A stretch of 64,000 bases of DNA from Alphaproteobacteria bacterium (GTDB lineage: Bacteria; Pseudomonadota; Alphaproteobacteria; UBA6615), in the NCBI GenBank assembly GCA_009691025.1, contig SHWB01000003.1, forward strand, positions 37,851 to 101,850. The letters are read 5' to 3'. Positions 1 to 8,138 of this stretch are shown here, in pieces. The notes under the pieces are model-generated. The model had not been told where the DNA came from, made no database searches, and saw only the letters and a program-made list of their open reading frames with translations. The first letter of the stretch is position 1, and each line of letters begins with the position of its first letter. The translations under genes and the position numbers were made by a program.

Positions 1-830
1 TATCGTGATAGTCGGTAAGAATCCGCAAGGCGGCACCGATCAGCGAACTCGTGTTGTGCAATTCTAGCGCGGCCCGGTCGATGCCGCCTGCGAGCGGTAT
101 GTCGCGGGCGCGGGCGACCAGCAGACCGAATGTCACGGCCTGCGCGTAACCGTCCGCTAACTGCGCGTTCGTCGCGTCGGGGAACAGGATCATGCGCCAG
201 TCTGCAGCAAGCCCAAGCAGGCTCGTGATGCCGCCTTCGACCTGTTCAAGAACCTCATCTAGCAGCAGCCTGCAAAGACGCGCGATGACAATTTCCAACT
301 GCTTGGCGGTGGCGGGCGGAACGGGTTGCCAGCGCAGATAATAGTCGATCAGCGCCTGCAATTACGGAGGGGCGGACAGCGCGGCACCGGACGTCTCGAC
401 GGTTCCATCGAGGCGAACGATCTGACCGACCAGCCCACCGTACCGCCAGAGCGCGAACTCGTTTCCATCCGTGTAGAGGATGTTCGGGAGCGACTTGAGC
501 TTTCCCCACTGCGCTGCGTCGTGCGCGTCCTTGAAGCGGCGAGGGTCTGCCCCTTTCCCGGCGCTTTCACCTCGATATAGCCGACGAGCGCGTTATGAAC
601 GGTGACGGCGTAGTCGGGACGGGTGTTCAGGTGGCAAGGGTGCTTTCGCCGACGAGGCTGATATGGCTCCCGGAAATACCCGCTATCGCGGCAAGATCGC
701 GGACCAGCGATTCCAGAGGCGCGCGCAACTGGTCCTCGGCGGCGCCGGAAGCAGCGACGCTGGACAGTTTCGCCTTGGTCAGGGCGCCGAAGGCGGATAC
801 AGCCTCGACCATCGTTGGCGCTTTTGCCAC
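1..830 (-). pseudogene. N-terminal part of an MmeI/PglX-like (type IIL/IIG) restriction-modification enzyme or DNA methyltransferase; disrupted; continues past window start
   Basis: Minus-strand translation needs three frames: MVEAVSAFGALTKAKL..HISLVGESTLA / HLNTRPDYAVTVHNALVGYIEVKAPGKG / ADPRRFKDAHDAAQWGKLKSLPNILYTDGNEFALWRYG..APP*LQALIDYYLRW..LFPDATNAQLADGYAQAVTFGLLVARA. It has an RPD..E.K nuclease-like motif and the xADxYAQxxxFxLLxAR helix typical of MmeI/PglX-type enzymes. Frame changes lie near 625-640 and 551-561; in-frame TAA at 362-364. Confidence 0.6.
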
Positions 831-1015
831 TAACCCGCGTCCTCAGTATGGTGGCAGTCGAGTTGCCACAATCTCCAGCAGGCGTAGTGCAAATCGGCGA
901 CCAACTTACACGGGCTGGCCGCGTCGCCACGGCCAAAAGTGGTCTCCCTTGACGCCCGCCCACCCGGCCACTAGGAACCCGGCCACCCGCCACCGACCGA
1001 AACCACGGACGCATC

Positions 1016-1438
1016 ATGGCCATCGAACGGACGCTGTCGATCATCAAGCCGGACGCCACGCGGCGCAACCTGACCGGCCGCATCAACGCGATGCTGGAGG
1101 AGGCCGGCCTGCGCATCGTCGCGCAGCGGCGGGTGCGGCTGACGCGGGCGCAGGCCGAGGGCTTCTATGCCGTCCACAAGGCGCGGCCGTTCTTCGACAG
1201 CCTGTGCGCGTTCATGACCTCCGGCCCAGTCGTTGTGCAGGTGCTGGAAGGCGATGACGCGGTGGCGAAGAACCGCAAGGTGATGGGCGCCACCGACTCG
1301 TCCAAGGCCGATGCCGGCACCATCCGCAAGACCTTCGCCGAATCGATCGAGGCCAATTCCGCGCATGGTTCCGACAGCGCAGAGAACGCGAAGGGCGAGA
1401 TCGCCTATTTCTTCGCCGGGACCGACATCGTCGGGTAG
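1016..1438 (+). CDS. ndk: nucleoside diphosphate kinase
   Basis: 140-aa [36 protein letters not shown]..; full-length NDK family signature; TAG stop followed directly by TGA. Confidence 0.97.
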   Translation: MAIERTLSIIKPDATRRNLTGRINAMLEEAGLRIVAQRRVRLTRAQAEGFYAVHKARPFFDSLCAFMTSGPVVVQVLEGDDAVAKNRKVMGATDSSKADAGTIRKTFAESIEANSAHGSDSAENAKGEIAYFFAGTDIVG

Positions 1439-1488
1439 TGACGGGGGGAGAGCCAAGCGCCCCGCAACGTCCGCGCTGCTCCAACGAT

Positions 1489-1566
1489 CCTCGTCCTGAG
1501 CCTGTCAAAGGACGGGGATCGCATCGCCGGAGCGACGCCTCGTCCTTCGACGGGCTCAGGATGAGG
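1489..1566. repeat. REP-like inverted pair (family 1, core CCTCrTCCTGAGCCTGTCrAAGGACG)
   Basis: Left arm cctcgtcctgagcctgtcaaaggacgggg (1489-1517) is the near reverse complement of right arm cctcgtccttcgacgggctcaggatgagg (1538-1566). Related pairs occur at 35867-35924 and 41693-41815. Confidence 0.6.
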
Positions 1567-1644
1567 CTACTGGTAGTGGATAAGGATTAAGGCTGCTGGT
1601 ATGTCGCGGCACCCGTCGACACCAGACCGTCCGGCCGCTAGCGC

Positions 1645-1785
1645 CTACAGCAGCACCAGCGCCATGAAGACGAGCAGCAGGACGGTGCCGCCGCCGACAT
1701 AGGTCATCAGCTTCAGGAAGCCGTGCCAAGTGTCGACGTGCGGCTTGAGGTCGTGGCCGTGCATGAGATCGCCGTGGTCGGCCAT
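1645..1785 (-). CDS. small membrane protein, aa3-type cytochrome c oxidase subunit IV-like
   Basis: 46-aa product MADHGDLMHGHDLKPHVDTWHGFLKLMTYVGGGTVLLLVFMALVLL from the internal ATG at 1785 of ORF 1645..1944. It has a His-rich N-terminus and one TM helix, as in the bacterial COX-IV (COX4_pro_2) family. The upstream part of the ORF is Pro/Arg-rich and unlikely to be coding. Confidence 0.55.
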   Translation of the reverse strand: MADHGDLMHGHDLKPHVDTWHGFLKLMTYVGGGTVLLLVFMALVLL

Positions 1786-1894
1786 GGTGTGCTGCCTCTT
1801 CGCGGAGCCTCTGGTCGACGAATTTTCTACAGGCGCCCGGCCCCGCAGCGCAAGGGGCGGCGGGCATGGGGGACGGAAGGTCGCGGCCTGCGGT

Positions 1895-2548
1895 TCAGCC
1901 CGGCGGTGGGTTGAGCAAAGCGGCGTCGGCCGGGGCGGCGGCATCGACGCTCACCGTGCCGCCCGTCACGAGCGCGCGGCCCTCGGCGAACAGGCGCACG
2001 GCGGCCGGGTAGAGGCGGTGCTCGGCGGCTAGGATGCGGGCCGACAGTGCGTCCTCGGTGTCGCCGGGCAGCACCGGCACGGCGGCCTGGGCGACGATGG
2101 GGCCGGCATCCATCTCCGGCACCACCACATGCACCGTGCAGCCGGCGATGCGCACCCCGGCGGTCAGCGCCTGGGCCTGCGCGTCGAGGCCGCGGAAGGA
2201 CGGCAGCAGAGAGGGGTGGATGTTGAGGATGCGCCCGGCCCGGCCGGCGATGAATGTCTCTGAGAGCAGGCGCATGAAGCCGGCGAGGCAGACCAGCTCG
2301 ACCCCGGCCGCGCGCAGGGCGGCGTCGATGGCGGCGTCGAAGGCCTCGCGGCCGGCCTGGGCGCGGTGGTCGATCACAAGGGTGGCGATGCCGGCCTTGC
2401 GCGCGTGGTCGAGGCCGCCGGCCTCCGCCTTGTTGGAAACGACCAGCACGATCTCCGCCGGAAAGTTCGGCTCGGCGCAGGCGGCGATCAGCGCGGCGAG
2501 GTTGCTGCCGCGCCCCGAGATCAGCACGCCGAGCTTCATGCGGGTCAT
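1895..2548 (-). CDS. purN: phosphoribosylglycinamide formyltransferase
   Basis: C-terminal 217 aa of ORF 1895..3823: [37 protein letters not shown]..; classic PurN motifs. The start overlaps the purM stop by 4 nt. Confidence 0.93.
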   Translation of the reverse strand: MTRMKLGVLISGRGSNLAALIAACAEPNFPAEIVLVVSNKAEAGGLDHARKAGIATLVIDHRAQAGREAFDAAIDAALRAAGVELVCLAGFMRLLSETFIAGRAGRILNIHPSLLPSFRGLDAQAQALTAGVRIAGCTVHVVVPEMDAGPIVAQAAVPVLPGDTEDALSARILAAEHRLYPAAVRLFAEGRALVTGGTVSVDAAAPADAALLNPPPG

Positions 2549-3615
2549 GCCGCCGCGAGCGCCCGGGCGAGGCCGTAGACCGTAACCCGTGGCGACCCGT
2601 TCGCTACCGCCGTCACCGTGCCGATCGTCGCCACGGTTTCGCCATGAGCGGCTAGCAGCGTCGCCACCGCCGATGCGTCCCGGGGTGAGACCACCGCGAT
2701 CATGCCGATGCCGCAGTTGAAGGTGCACGCCATCTCGTTCGCGTCGACCGGGCCGGCGCGGGCGAGCCAGCCGAACACCGGCGGGATCGTCCAGTGCGCG
2801 GCGTCGAGGGCGACGCCGGTGCCGTCGGGCAGCACGCGCGGGATGTTTTCCAGCAGCCCGCCGCCGGTGATGTGGGCGAAGGCCTTGACCTTGCCGCCGC
2901 GCGCCGCCGCGAGGCAGGCGGCGACATAGATGCGCGTCGGCGTCAGCAGCGAGGCGCCGAGCGAGGTGTCCGGCGCGAAGGGCGCCGCGGCGTCGAGCGC
3001 CATCCCGCTGTTGTCGACGATGCGGCGCACCAGGGAGTAGCCGTTCGAATGCACGCCTGTGGCCGCGAGGCCCAGCACGACATCGCCCGGCACCGGCGGG
3101 TGCGCCGCGCTCGGCAGCGCCTCGCCACGTTCGACCGCGCCGACGGCGAAGCCGGCGAGGTCGTAGTCGCCCGGCGCGTAGTGGTCGGGCATCTCCGCTG
3201 TCTCGCCGCCGACCAGCGCGCAGCCGGCGGCGCGGCAGCCGGCCGAGATGCCGGCGATCACCTCGGCCGCGACCGAGTTGCTCAGCCGCCCGGTGGCGAA
3301 GTAGTCGAGGAAGAACAGCGGCTCGGCGCCCTGCACGACAAGGTCGTTCACGCACATGGCGACGAGGTCGACGCCGATGCCGGCATGGCGGCCGGTGGCG
3401 GCGGCGAGGCGCAGCTTGGTGCCGACGCCGTCGGTGGTGGCAACCAGCACGGGATCCCTGAAGCCAGCCGCGCGCGGATCGAACAGCGCGCCGAAGCCGC
3501 CGATGCCGCCGAGCGCGCCGGCCCGCCGCGTCGCCGCGGCCAGGGGCTTGATGGCGTCGACGAGAGCATTGCCGGCGGCGATGTCGACCCCGGCGTCCTG
3601 GTAACGGATGGCGAT
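2545..3615 (-). CDS. purM: phosphoribosylformylglycinamidine cyclo-ligase (AIR synthetase); start codon unresolved
   Basis: ORF 2545..3450 reads (V)[34 protein letters not shown]... The same frame stays open upstream to the stop at 3730-3732 and encodes the conserved N-terminus [35 protein letters not shown]. There is no ATG/GTG/TTG in that stretch. The proposed start is ATC at 3613-3615, 6 nt after GGGAGA. Confidence 0.88.
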   Translation of the reverse strand: MAIRYQDAGVDIAAGNALVDAIKPLAAATRRAGALGGIGGFGALFDPRAAGFRDPVLVATTDGVGTKLRLAAATGRHAGIGVDLVAMCVNDLVVQGAEPLFFLDYFATGRLSNSVAAEVIAGISAGCRAAGCALVGGETAEMPDHYAPGDYDLAGFAVGAVERGEALPSAAHPPVPGDVVLGLAATGVHSNGYSLVRRIVDNSGMALDAAAPFAPDTSLGASLLTPTRIYVAACLAAARGGKVKAFAHITGGGLLENIPRVLPDGTGVALDAAHWTIPPVFGWLARAGPVDANEMACTFNCGIGMIAVVSPRDASAVATLLAAHGETVATIGTVTAVANGSPRVTVYGLARALAAA

Positions 3616-3753
3616 GGCGGGTCTCCCGCGGCGAAAGGGGGCGCACAGCTTGACAGCCGCGGCCGGAAGCCCGTCTTCTGGCTCCCGCGCGGGGCGTCCG
3701 GACCACGATCCGGCATAGGCGCCGCGAATTTACGGCAATCGGGGCCATTTGCA

Positions 3754-4938
3754 ATGCGGCTCGGGGCGATCTTCGTGCGGTGCTGGCTGGCCGCGGCTCT
3801 GGCCGTGGCGGCGGCGCTGGCACCCGTCCAGACGGCGCAGGGCCAGAGCGGCAACCGCGACGACGAGGCCTTTACGGTGCGCGGAGTCGCGGTCGACGTG
3901 ACGGCGAAGAGCGCGGTCACGGCCCGCGAGCAGGCCCTGCGCGAGGCCGAGCGCACGGCGCTGGTCCGCCTGCTGGAGAGGCTGGCGCCACCGGCCGAGC
4001 GCGGCAAGCTGCCCAAGGTCGCGGCCGCCGACGTGCCGCACTACATCCGCGACATCGAGATCGCCGACGAGCGCGCCTCGACGGTGCGCTACATCGCCAG
4101 CGTCACCGTGCGTTTCCGCCCCGCCGAAGTGCGCGGACTGCTCGACCGGGCCAGAATCGCCTATGCCGCGGTGCCGCCGGAAACGATGCTGGTCATCCCC
4201 TTGCTGCAGCGGGCGGGCACGACGCTTATGTGGGACGAACCCAACCCCTGGCGACTGGCCTGGTCGGAGCGCCGCGCCGGCACCGGTGCCCTGACGCTGG
4301 CAGCGCCGCTCGGCGACCTCGGCGACCTCGGCGAGCTGTCGACCGAGCAGGCCGCCGCCGGAGATCGTGACCGCCTCGGGGCCATCGCCGACCGCTATGG
4401 CGCGGCGGGCGCCTATGTCGCCGTGGCGACGCTGCGCGCCGGCGCCGAGTCGGCACTGGTACTCGACGTCGCGGTCAGCGAGCCCGAGGCGCCATCGCGT
4501 CCGCCGCTGCTGTTGAATTTCACGGGCCAGGGGCTGGAGGCCGAGGCCGGACTGATGGCGCGCGCCGTCGCCGGTACCGCCGAGGCGCTGGAGGCCGCGT
4601 GGTTCGACGGCCATCTGCGCCATGGCGGCGGGGTGGAACAGCGCATGGTGCTGGCGATGCCGCTGGGCGGCCTCGCCGAATGGGTCAAGGTGCGCGAACG
4701 GCTCGGGCGTGTCGCGTCGATCCTGCGCAGCGAGGTGCGCGCCATCACGCCGCGCCATGTCGAGGTCGAGGTCGCCTGGGACGGCGATGCCGGCGAGCTG
4801 GCCGACGGCCTCGGCCGCCATGGCCTCGCGCTGGGCGACGAGATTCGCGACGCCGGCGCGCTGTCGCTGCCGCCCGGCGCGCTGGTGACACTGGGGTCCG
4901 GTCTGCCGGTGCGCCTGCTGCGCCCGGCGCCCCGCTAG
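3754..4938 (+). CDS. secreted conserved hypothetical protein (DUF2066-like), divergent from purM
   Basis: ATG at 3754 inside ORF 2794..4938: MRLGAIFVRCWLAAALAVAAALAPVQTAQG.. (signal peptide) then ..FTVRGVAVDVTAKSAVTAREQALREAERTALVRLLERL... The family name is from memory of the gene usually found divergent from purM in Alphaproteobacteria. Confidence 0.6.
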   Translation: MRLGAIFVRCWLAAALAVAAALAPVQTAQGQSGNRDDEAFTVRGVAVDVTAKSAVTAREQALREAERTALVRLLERLAPPAERGKLPKVAAADVPHYIRDIEIADERASTVRYIASVTVRFRPAEVRGLLDRARIAYAAVPPETMLVIPLLQRAGTTLMWDEPNPWRLAWSERRAGTGALTLAAPLGDLGDLGELSTEQAAAGDRDRLGAIADRYGAAGAYVAVATLRAGAESALVLDVAVSEPEAPSRPPLLLNFTGQGLEAEAGLMARAVAGTAEALEAAWFDGHLRHGGGVEQRMVLAMPLGGLAEWVKVRERLGRVASILRSEVRAITPRHVEVEVAWDGDAGELADGLGRHGLALGDEIRDAGALSLPPGALVTLGSGLPVRLLRPAPR

Positions 4939-4947
4939 CCCGTCGCG

Positions 4948-5535
4948 ATGCCCCTGAGCCTGCCCAACGCCATCACGCTAGCCCGCCTGCTGTCGGTGCC
5001 GGTCTGCATCTGGCTGTTGCTCGGCGGTCGCTACGGCACGGCCTTCTGGGTCTTCGTTGCCGCCGGCACCTCGGATGCCGTCGACGGCTTCATCGCCAAG
5101 CGCTTCGCCATGACCAGCCCGCTGGGCGCGGTGCTCGACCCACTCGCAGACAAGGCTTTGCTCGTCTCGGTCTATGTCGTCATGGGCCTCGAGGGGCTGG
5201 TGGCGGCGTGGCTCGTCATCCTCATCGCCTTCCGCGATGTGATGATCCTTGGCGGCGCCGTCGTGCAGCGCTTGTTCGCCAACCGCCTGCCACTTCCGCC
5301 ATCCCTGCTGTCGAAGACCAATACCGTGGCCCAGATCGTGCTCGCCGCGGCGCTGCTCGGCGAGCACGGCCTGTCGGTCGACCTGGGGGTGGCGCTGGAC
5401 GTGCTGGTCTGGGCTGTGGCGACGACGACGAGCGCCTCCTTCATCGGCTATCTTGTCGCCTGGGTGGCGCTGATGACGGCGCCGCCGGCCGGGGAACGGC
5501 CGGACGTCGCCCGGCCACCCGCGGGGCAGGCATGA
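4948..5535 (+). CDS. CDP-alcohol phosphatidyltransferase family protein (PgsA-like)
   Basis: 195-aa ORF with the D-G-x2-A-R..G..D-x3-D motif (SDAVDGFIAKRFAMTSPLGAVLDPLADK) and several TM segments. Confidence 0.85.
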   Translation: MPLSLPNAITLARLLSVPVCIWLLLGGRYGTAFWVFVAAGTSDAVDGFIAKRFAMTSPLGAVLDPLADKALLVSVYVVMGLEGLVAAWLVILIAFRDVMILGGAVVQRLFANRLPLPPSLLSKTNTVAQIVLAAALLGEHGLSVDLGVALDVLVWAVATTTSASFIGYLVAWVALMTAPPAGERPDVARPPAGQA

Positions 5536-6608
5536 GCAGCAACCGGCAGACCATCGCATGGCTTGCCGTGATCGCCGTCACGGTGCTGCTGCTGTGGGCC
5601 TTCTCGGCCATCTTGCTGCCCTTCGCCGCGGGGCTCGCCATCGCCTATCTCCTCGACCCGGCAGCCGACCGGCTGGAGCGCCTCGGCTGCGGCCGGACGC
5701 TGGCGACGGCGCTCATCCTCGGGGCGCTGGTGCTCGTCATCGCGGGGCTGCTGGCGGGGGTGGTGCCGCTGCTGAAGGCGCAGATCTTCGCGCTGGTCGA
5801 GCGCCTGCCGGAATACATCTCGGCCGTTCGCGATTATGCCAAGACGCTTGTCTATCGATTCACCGCGCGCGTCGATCCGTCGTCGGTCGAACAGATGCGC
5901 GATGCTGCCGGCGCCGCCGTCGTTGGTAGCGCGAGCTGGCTCGGCAGTTTCGCCGGCAATCTGTTCCAGGGCTGGATGGTCCTGCTCAACGTGCTGTCGC
6001 TGCTGGTCATCACGCCGGTCGTCGCCTTCTACCTGCTGCGCGACTGGGACAGCACCGCCGCCACGATCGATGCGCTGCTGCCGCGCGAACATGCGCCCAC
6101 CATCCGCCGCCTGCTGGCCGAGATCGACATGCGGATAGCTGGATTCGTGCGCGGGCAGCTTATCGTGTCAGCCGTGCTCGCCGTATGGTATTCGGCCGGG
6201 CTGACGCTCGCCGGGCTGGAGTTCGGCCTGGTCGTCGGGCTGGCCGGCGGGGTCCTGTCGATCATCCCCTATGTCGGCTCGATCGGCGCCCTCGTCGTTT
6301 CTGTGATACTTGCGCTGGTGCAGTTCGACGGGCTCGTGCCGGTCGCCATCGTCGCCGCCGTTATCATCGTCGGCCAAGTGGCCGAGGGCAATTTCCTGAC
6401 GCCGAAGCTGGTTGGCGAGCGGGTTGGGCTGCATCCGGTCTGGGTGATCTTCGCGTTGCTCGCCGGTGGTGCCGTGCTGGGTATCCTCGGCATGATCTTC
6501 GCCGTGCCCGTCGCGGCGACGATCGCCGTGCTGGTCGAGTACGCTGTCGAGCGCTACCGCGCGAGTGCCCTGTTCACCGGCTCCCCGCCTGGCGGAGAGG
6601 GGGCATGA
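5532..6608 (+). CDS. AI-2E family transporter (PerM/UPF0118 permease)
   Basis: ATG at 5532 (ATGA overlap with the previous stop): MSSNRQTIAWLAVIAVTVLLLWAFSAILLPFAAGLAIAYLLDP..; polytopic membrane protein ending ..GILGMIFAVPVAATIAVLVEY. Confidence 0.85.
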   Translation: MSSNRQTIAWLAVIAVTVLLLWAFSAILLPFAAGLAIAYLLDPAADRLERLGCGRTLATALILGALVLVIAGLLAGVVPLLKAQIFALVERLPEYISAVRDYAKTLVYRFTARVDPSSVEQMRDAAGAAVVGSASWLGSFAGNLFQGWMVLLNVLSLLVITPVVAFYLLRDWDSTAATIDALLPREHAPTIRRLLAEIDMRIAGFVRGQLIVSAVLAVWYSAGLTLAGLEFGLVVGLAGGVLSIIPYVGSIGALVVSVILALVQFDGLVPVAIVAAVIIVGQVAEGNFLTPKLVGERVGLHPVWVIFALLAGGAVLGILGMIFAVPVAATIAVLVEYAVERYRASALFTGSPPGGEGA

Positions 6609-7333
6609 GCGGGCGCCTTACGGTGCGTCCCGGCCGGCAGCTCGCGCTCGACCTCGGCCACCGCCCGGCCTTCGGCCGCGACTATTTTCTCGTTGCCCAC
6701 TGCAACGCCGTCGCCGTCGCGTGGATCGACCGCTGGCCGGACTGGCCGTCGCCCGGCCTCGCTTTGTGGGGCGCGCCGGCCAGCGGCAAGAGCCATCTGG
6801 CAGCCGTCTGGCGGAGCCGCGCGGTCGCCGCCTGTCCCAATCCAGCGAGCCTCGCCGGACGGGCGCCGGCGGAGATCGCCCAGGGCTCTTCCGCGGTGCT
6901 GCTCGACAGCCTCGACGCCACCCTTGCTGCCGCGGGCGCCGGGGCCGGCGACCTCGCCGAGGCGGTGCTACATCTCTACAACCACCTCGCCGCCGCCGGT
7001 GGCCATTTGCTGGTGACCGGCGAGGCGCCGCCGGCGCGCTGGACGATCGCGCTGGCCGACCTGCGTTCGCGGCTGGTGGCGCTGCCGGCCGTGGGCATCG
7101 AGCGGCCCGACGACGCCACCCTCGCCGCTGTCCTCGTGAAACTCTTCGCCGACCGGCAGGTGCGGGTCGGCGAGGATGTGGTGGCCCTGCTGGTCGCCCG
7201 CATGGAGCGCAGCTTCGCCGCCGCCGCCGCCGCCGTCGATGCGCTCGACCGCGCCGCGCTGGCAGGCGGACGCTCCGTGACCCCCGCGCTGGTGCGCGAA
7301 GTCCTTCTCGAACCGGAAATCCCCGGAACCTAG
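6605..7333 (+). CDS. hdaA: DnaA-related regulatory inactivator HdaA
   Basis: ATG at 6605 (ATGA overlap): MSGRLTVRPGRQLALDLGHRPAFGRDYFLV..LWGAPASGKSHLA..ERPDDATLAAVLVKLFADRQV..; Hda/DnaA AAA+ signature. Neighbourhood of purM and ppk as in other Alphaproteobacteria. Confidence 0.8.
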   Translation: MSGRLTVRPGRQLALDLGHRPAFGRDYFLVAHCNAVAVAWIDRWPDWPSPGLALWGAPASGKSHLAAVWRSRAVAACPNPASLAGRAPAEIAQGSSAVLLDSLDATLAAAGAGAGDLAEAVLHLYNHLAAAGGHLLVTGEAPPARWTIALADLRSRLVALPAVGIERPDDATLAAVLVKLFADRQVRVGEDVVALLVARMERSFAAAAAAVDALDRAALAGGRSVTPALVREVLLEPEIPGT

Positions 7334-7361
7334 GCCGGCTGGTTTTCAAGGTAAATCATTC

Positions 7362-7386
7362 TATACTCAAGGTTTCTTTCTAGAAA
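7362..7386 (+). promoter_or_regulatory. candidate vapBC promoter/operator
   Basis: AT-rich spacer after hdaA with TATACT (7362-7367), direct repeat TCAAGGT (x2) and a perfect 10-bp palindrome TTTCTAGAAA (7377-7386) 10 nt before the vapB GTG. Confidence 0.3.
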
Positions 7387-7395
7387 TGGTCTCCC

Positions 7396-7653
7396 GTGGC
7401 GCTCAGCCTGAAGGATCCTGAAACCGACCGCCTCGCTCGCGAGGTGGCGACGCTGACCGGCGAAAGCCTGACCGAGGTGGTGCGCACAGGGCTGGCCGAG
7501 CGGCTGGCGCGCGAGCGCCGCAAGCGGGGCACGCAGCCCGGACTTGCTGAGCGGCTCGACGAGCTGGCGAAGGCGTGTGCGGCGGCCCCCGAGTACTATC
7601 CGCGCAGCGCAGACGAAATTATCGGCTACGACGAGTACGGCGTGCCGTCCTGA
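7396..7653 (+). CDS. vapB: type II antitoxin, VapB family
   Basis: 85-aa ORF (GTG start) MALSLKDPETDRLAREVATLTGESLTEVVRTGLAERLARERR..; the stop overlaps the start of the PIN toxin (TGATG). Confidence 0.8.
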   Translation: MALSLKDPETDRLAREVATLTGESLTEVVRTGLAERLARERRKRGTQPGLAERLDELAKACAAAPEYYPRSADEIIGYDEYGVPS

Positions 7654-8042
7654 TGGTCATCGATACCTCCGCCATCGTCGCCATTCTTCTGGATGAGACG
7701 GAGCGCGCGCGATTCAACCGGCTAATCGAAGACGACGATGTCCGGTTGATCTCGGCCGTGACGCGGGTGGATTCGGCCTTTGTCATCGAAGGACGCCGGC
7801 GCGAGGTAGGGCGGGTCGCCCTCGCAAATCTCCTGTCGCAGATATCGGCTGAAATCGTGGCCGTGACGCCCGCGCAGGCCGAACTGGCCTGCGAGGCCTT
7901 TCGCCGTTACGGCAAGGGGCGTCATCGCGCGGGATTGAACTTCGGCGACAGCTGTTCCTATGCGCTGGCGAAATCTACCGTCGAGAAGCTGCTCTTCAAG
8001 GGAACCGATTTCGGTTCGACGGACATCGAGGTGGCGGCCTGA
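7653..8042 (+). CDS. vapC: type II toxin, PIN-domain ribonuclease VapC
   Basis: ATG at 7653: MVIDTSAIVAILLDETERARF..GLNFGDSCSYALAKS..FKGTDF; PIN acidic residues (D4, E.., D.., D) in the canonical arrangement. Confidence 0.85.
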   Translation: MVIDTSAIVAILLDETERARFNRLIEDDDVRLISAVTRVDSAFVIEGRRREVGRVALANLLSQISAEIVAVTPAQAELACEAFRRYGKGRHRAGLNFGDSCSYALAKSTVEKLLFKGTDFGSTDIEVAA

Positions 8043-8138
8043 GGGGCCGACTGTCACGCCGGTGCCACGAATCGCGGACAGGATGGCTGATCGCGTCGGG
8101 TTGCGGCCGGCGGCCGGACGTGGCAAACGGGACAGGGA

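Noticed and set aside
1895-3823. Very long Arg/Ala/Pro-rich ORFs (for example 1895..3823 upstream part, 20902..22608, 24760..27186, 60858..62792, 6618..7349, 35696..36895)
   Set aside because: They lie antisense to, or out of frame with, well-supported genes (purM, S41 peptidase, rnr/topA, hyuB, hdaA, rfbF). They have the low-complexity composition expected of shadow frames in high-GC DNA.
4936-4950. The DUF2066 gene's TAG stop is in frame with the next gene's ATG 12 nt downstream (possible read-through fusion)
   Set aside because: The 9-nt spacer is short and the frame match has a one-in-three chance. The downstream gene has its own start and a membrane topology that begins at its N-terminus.
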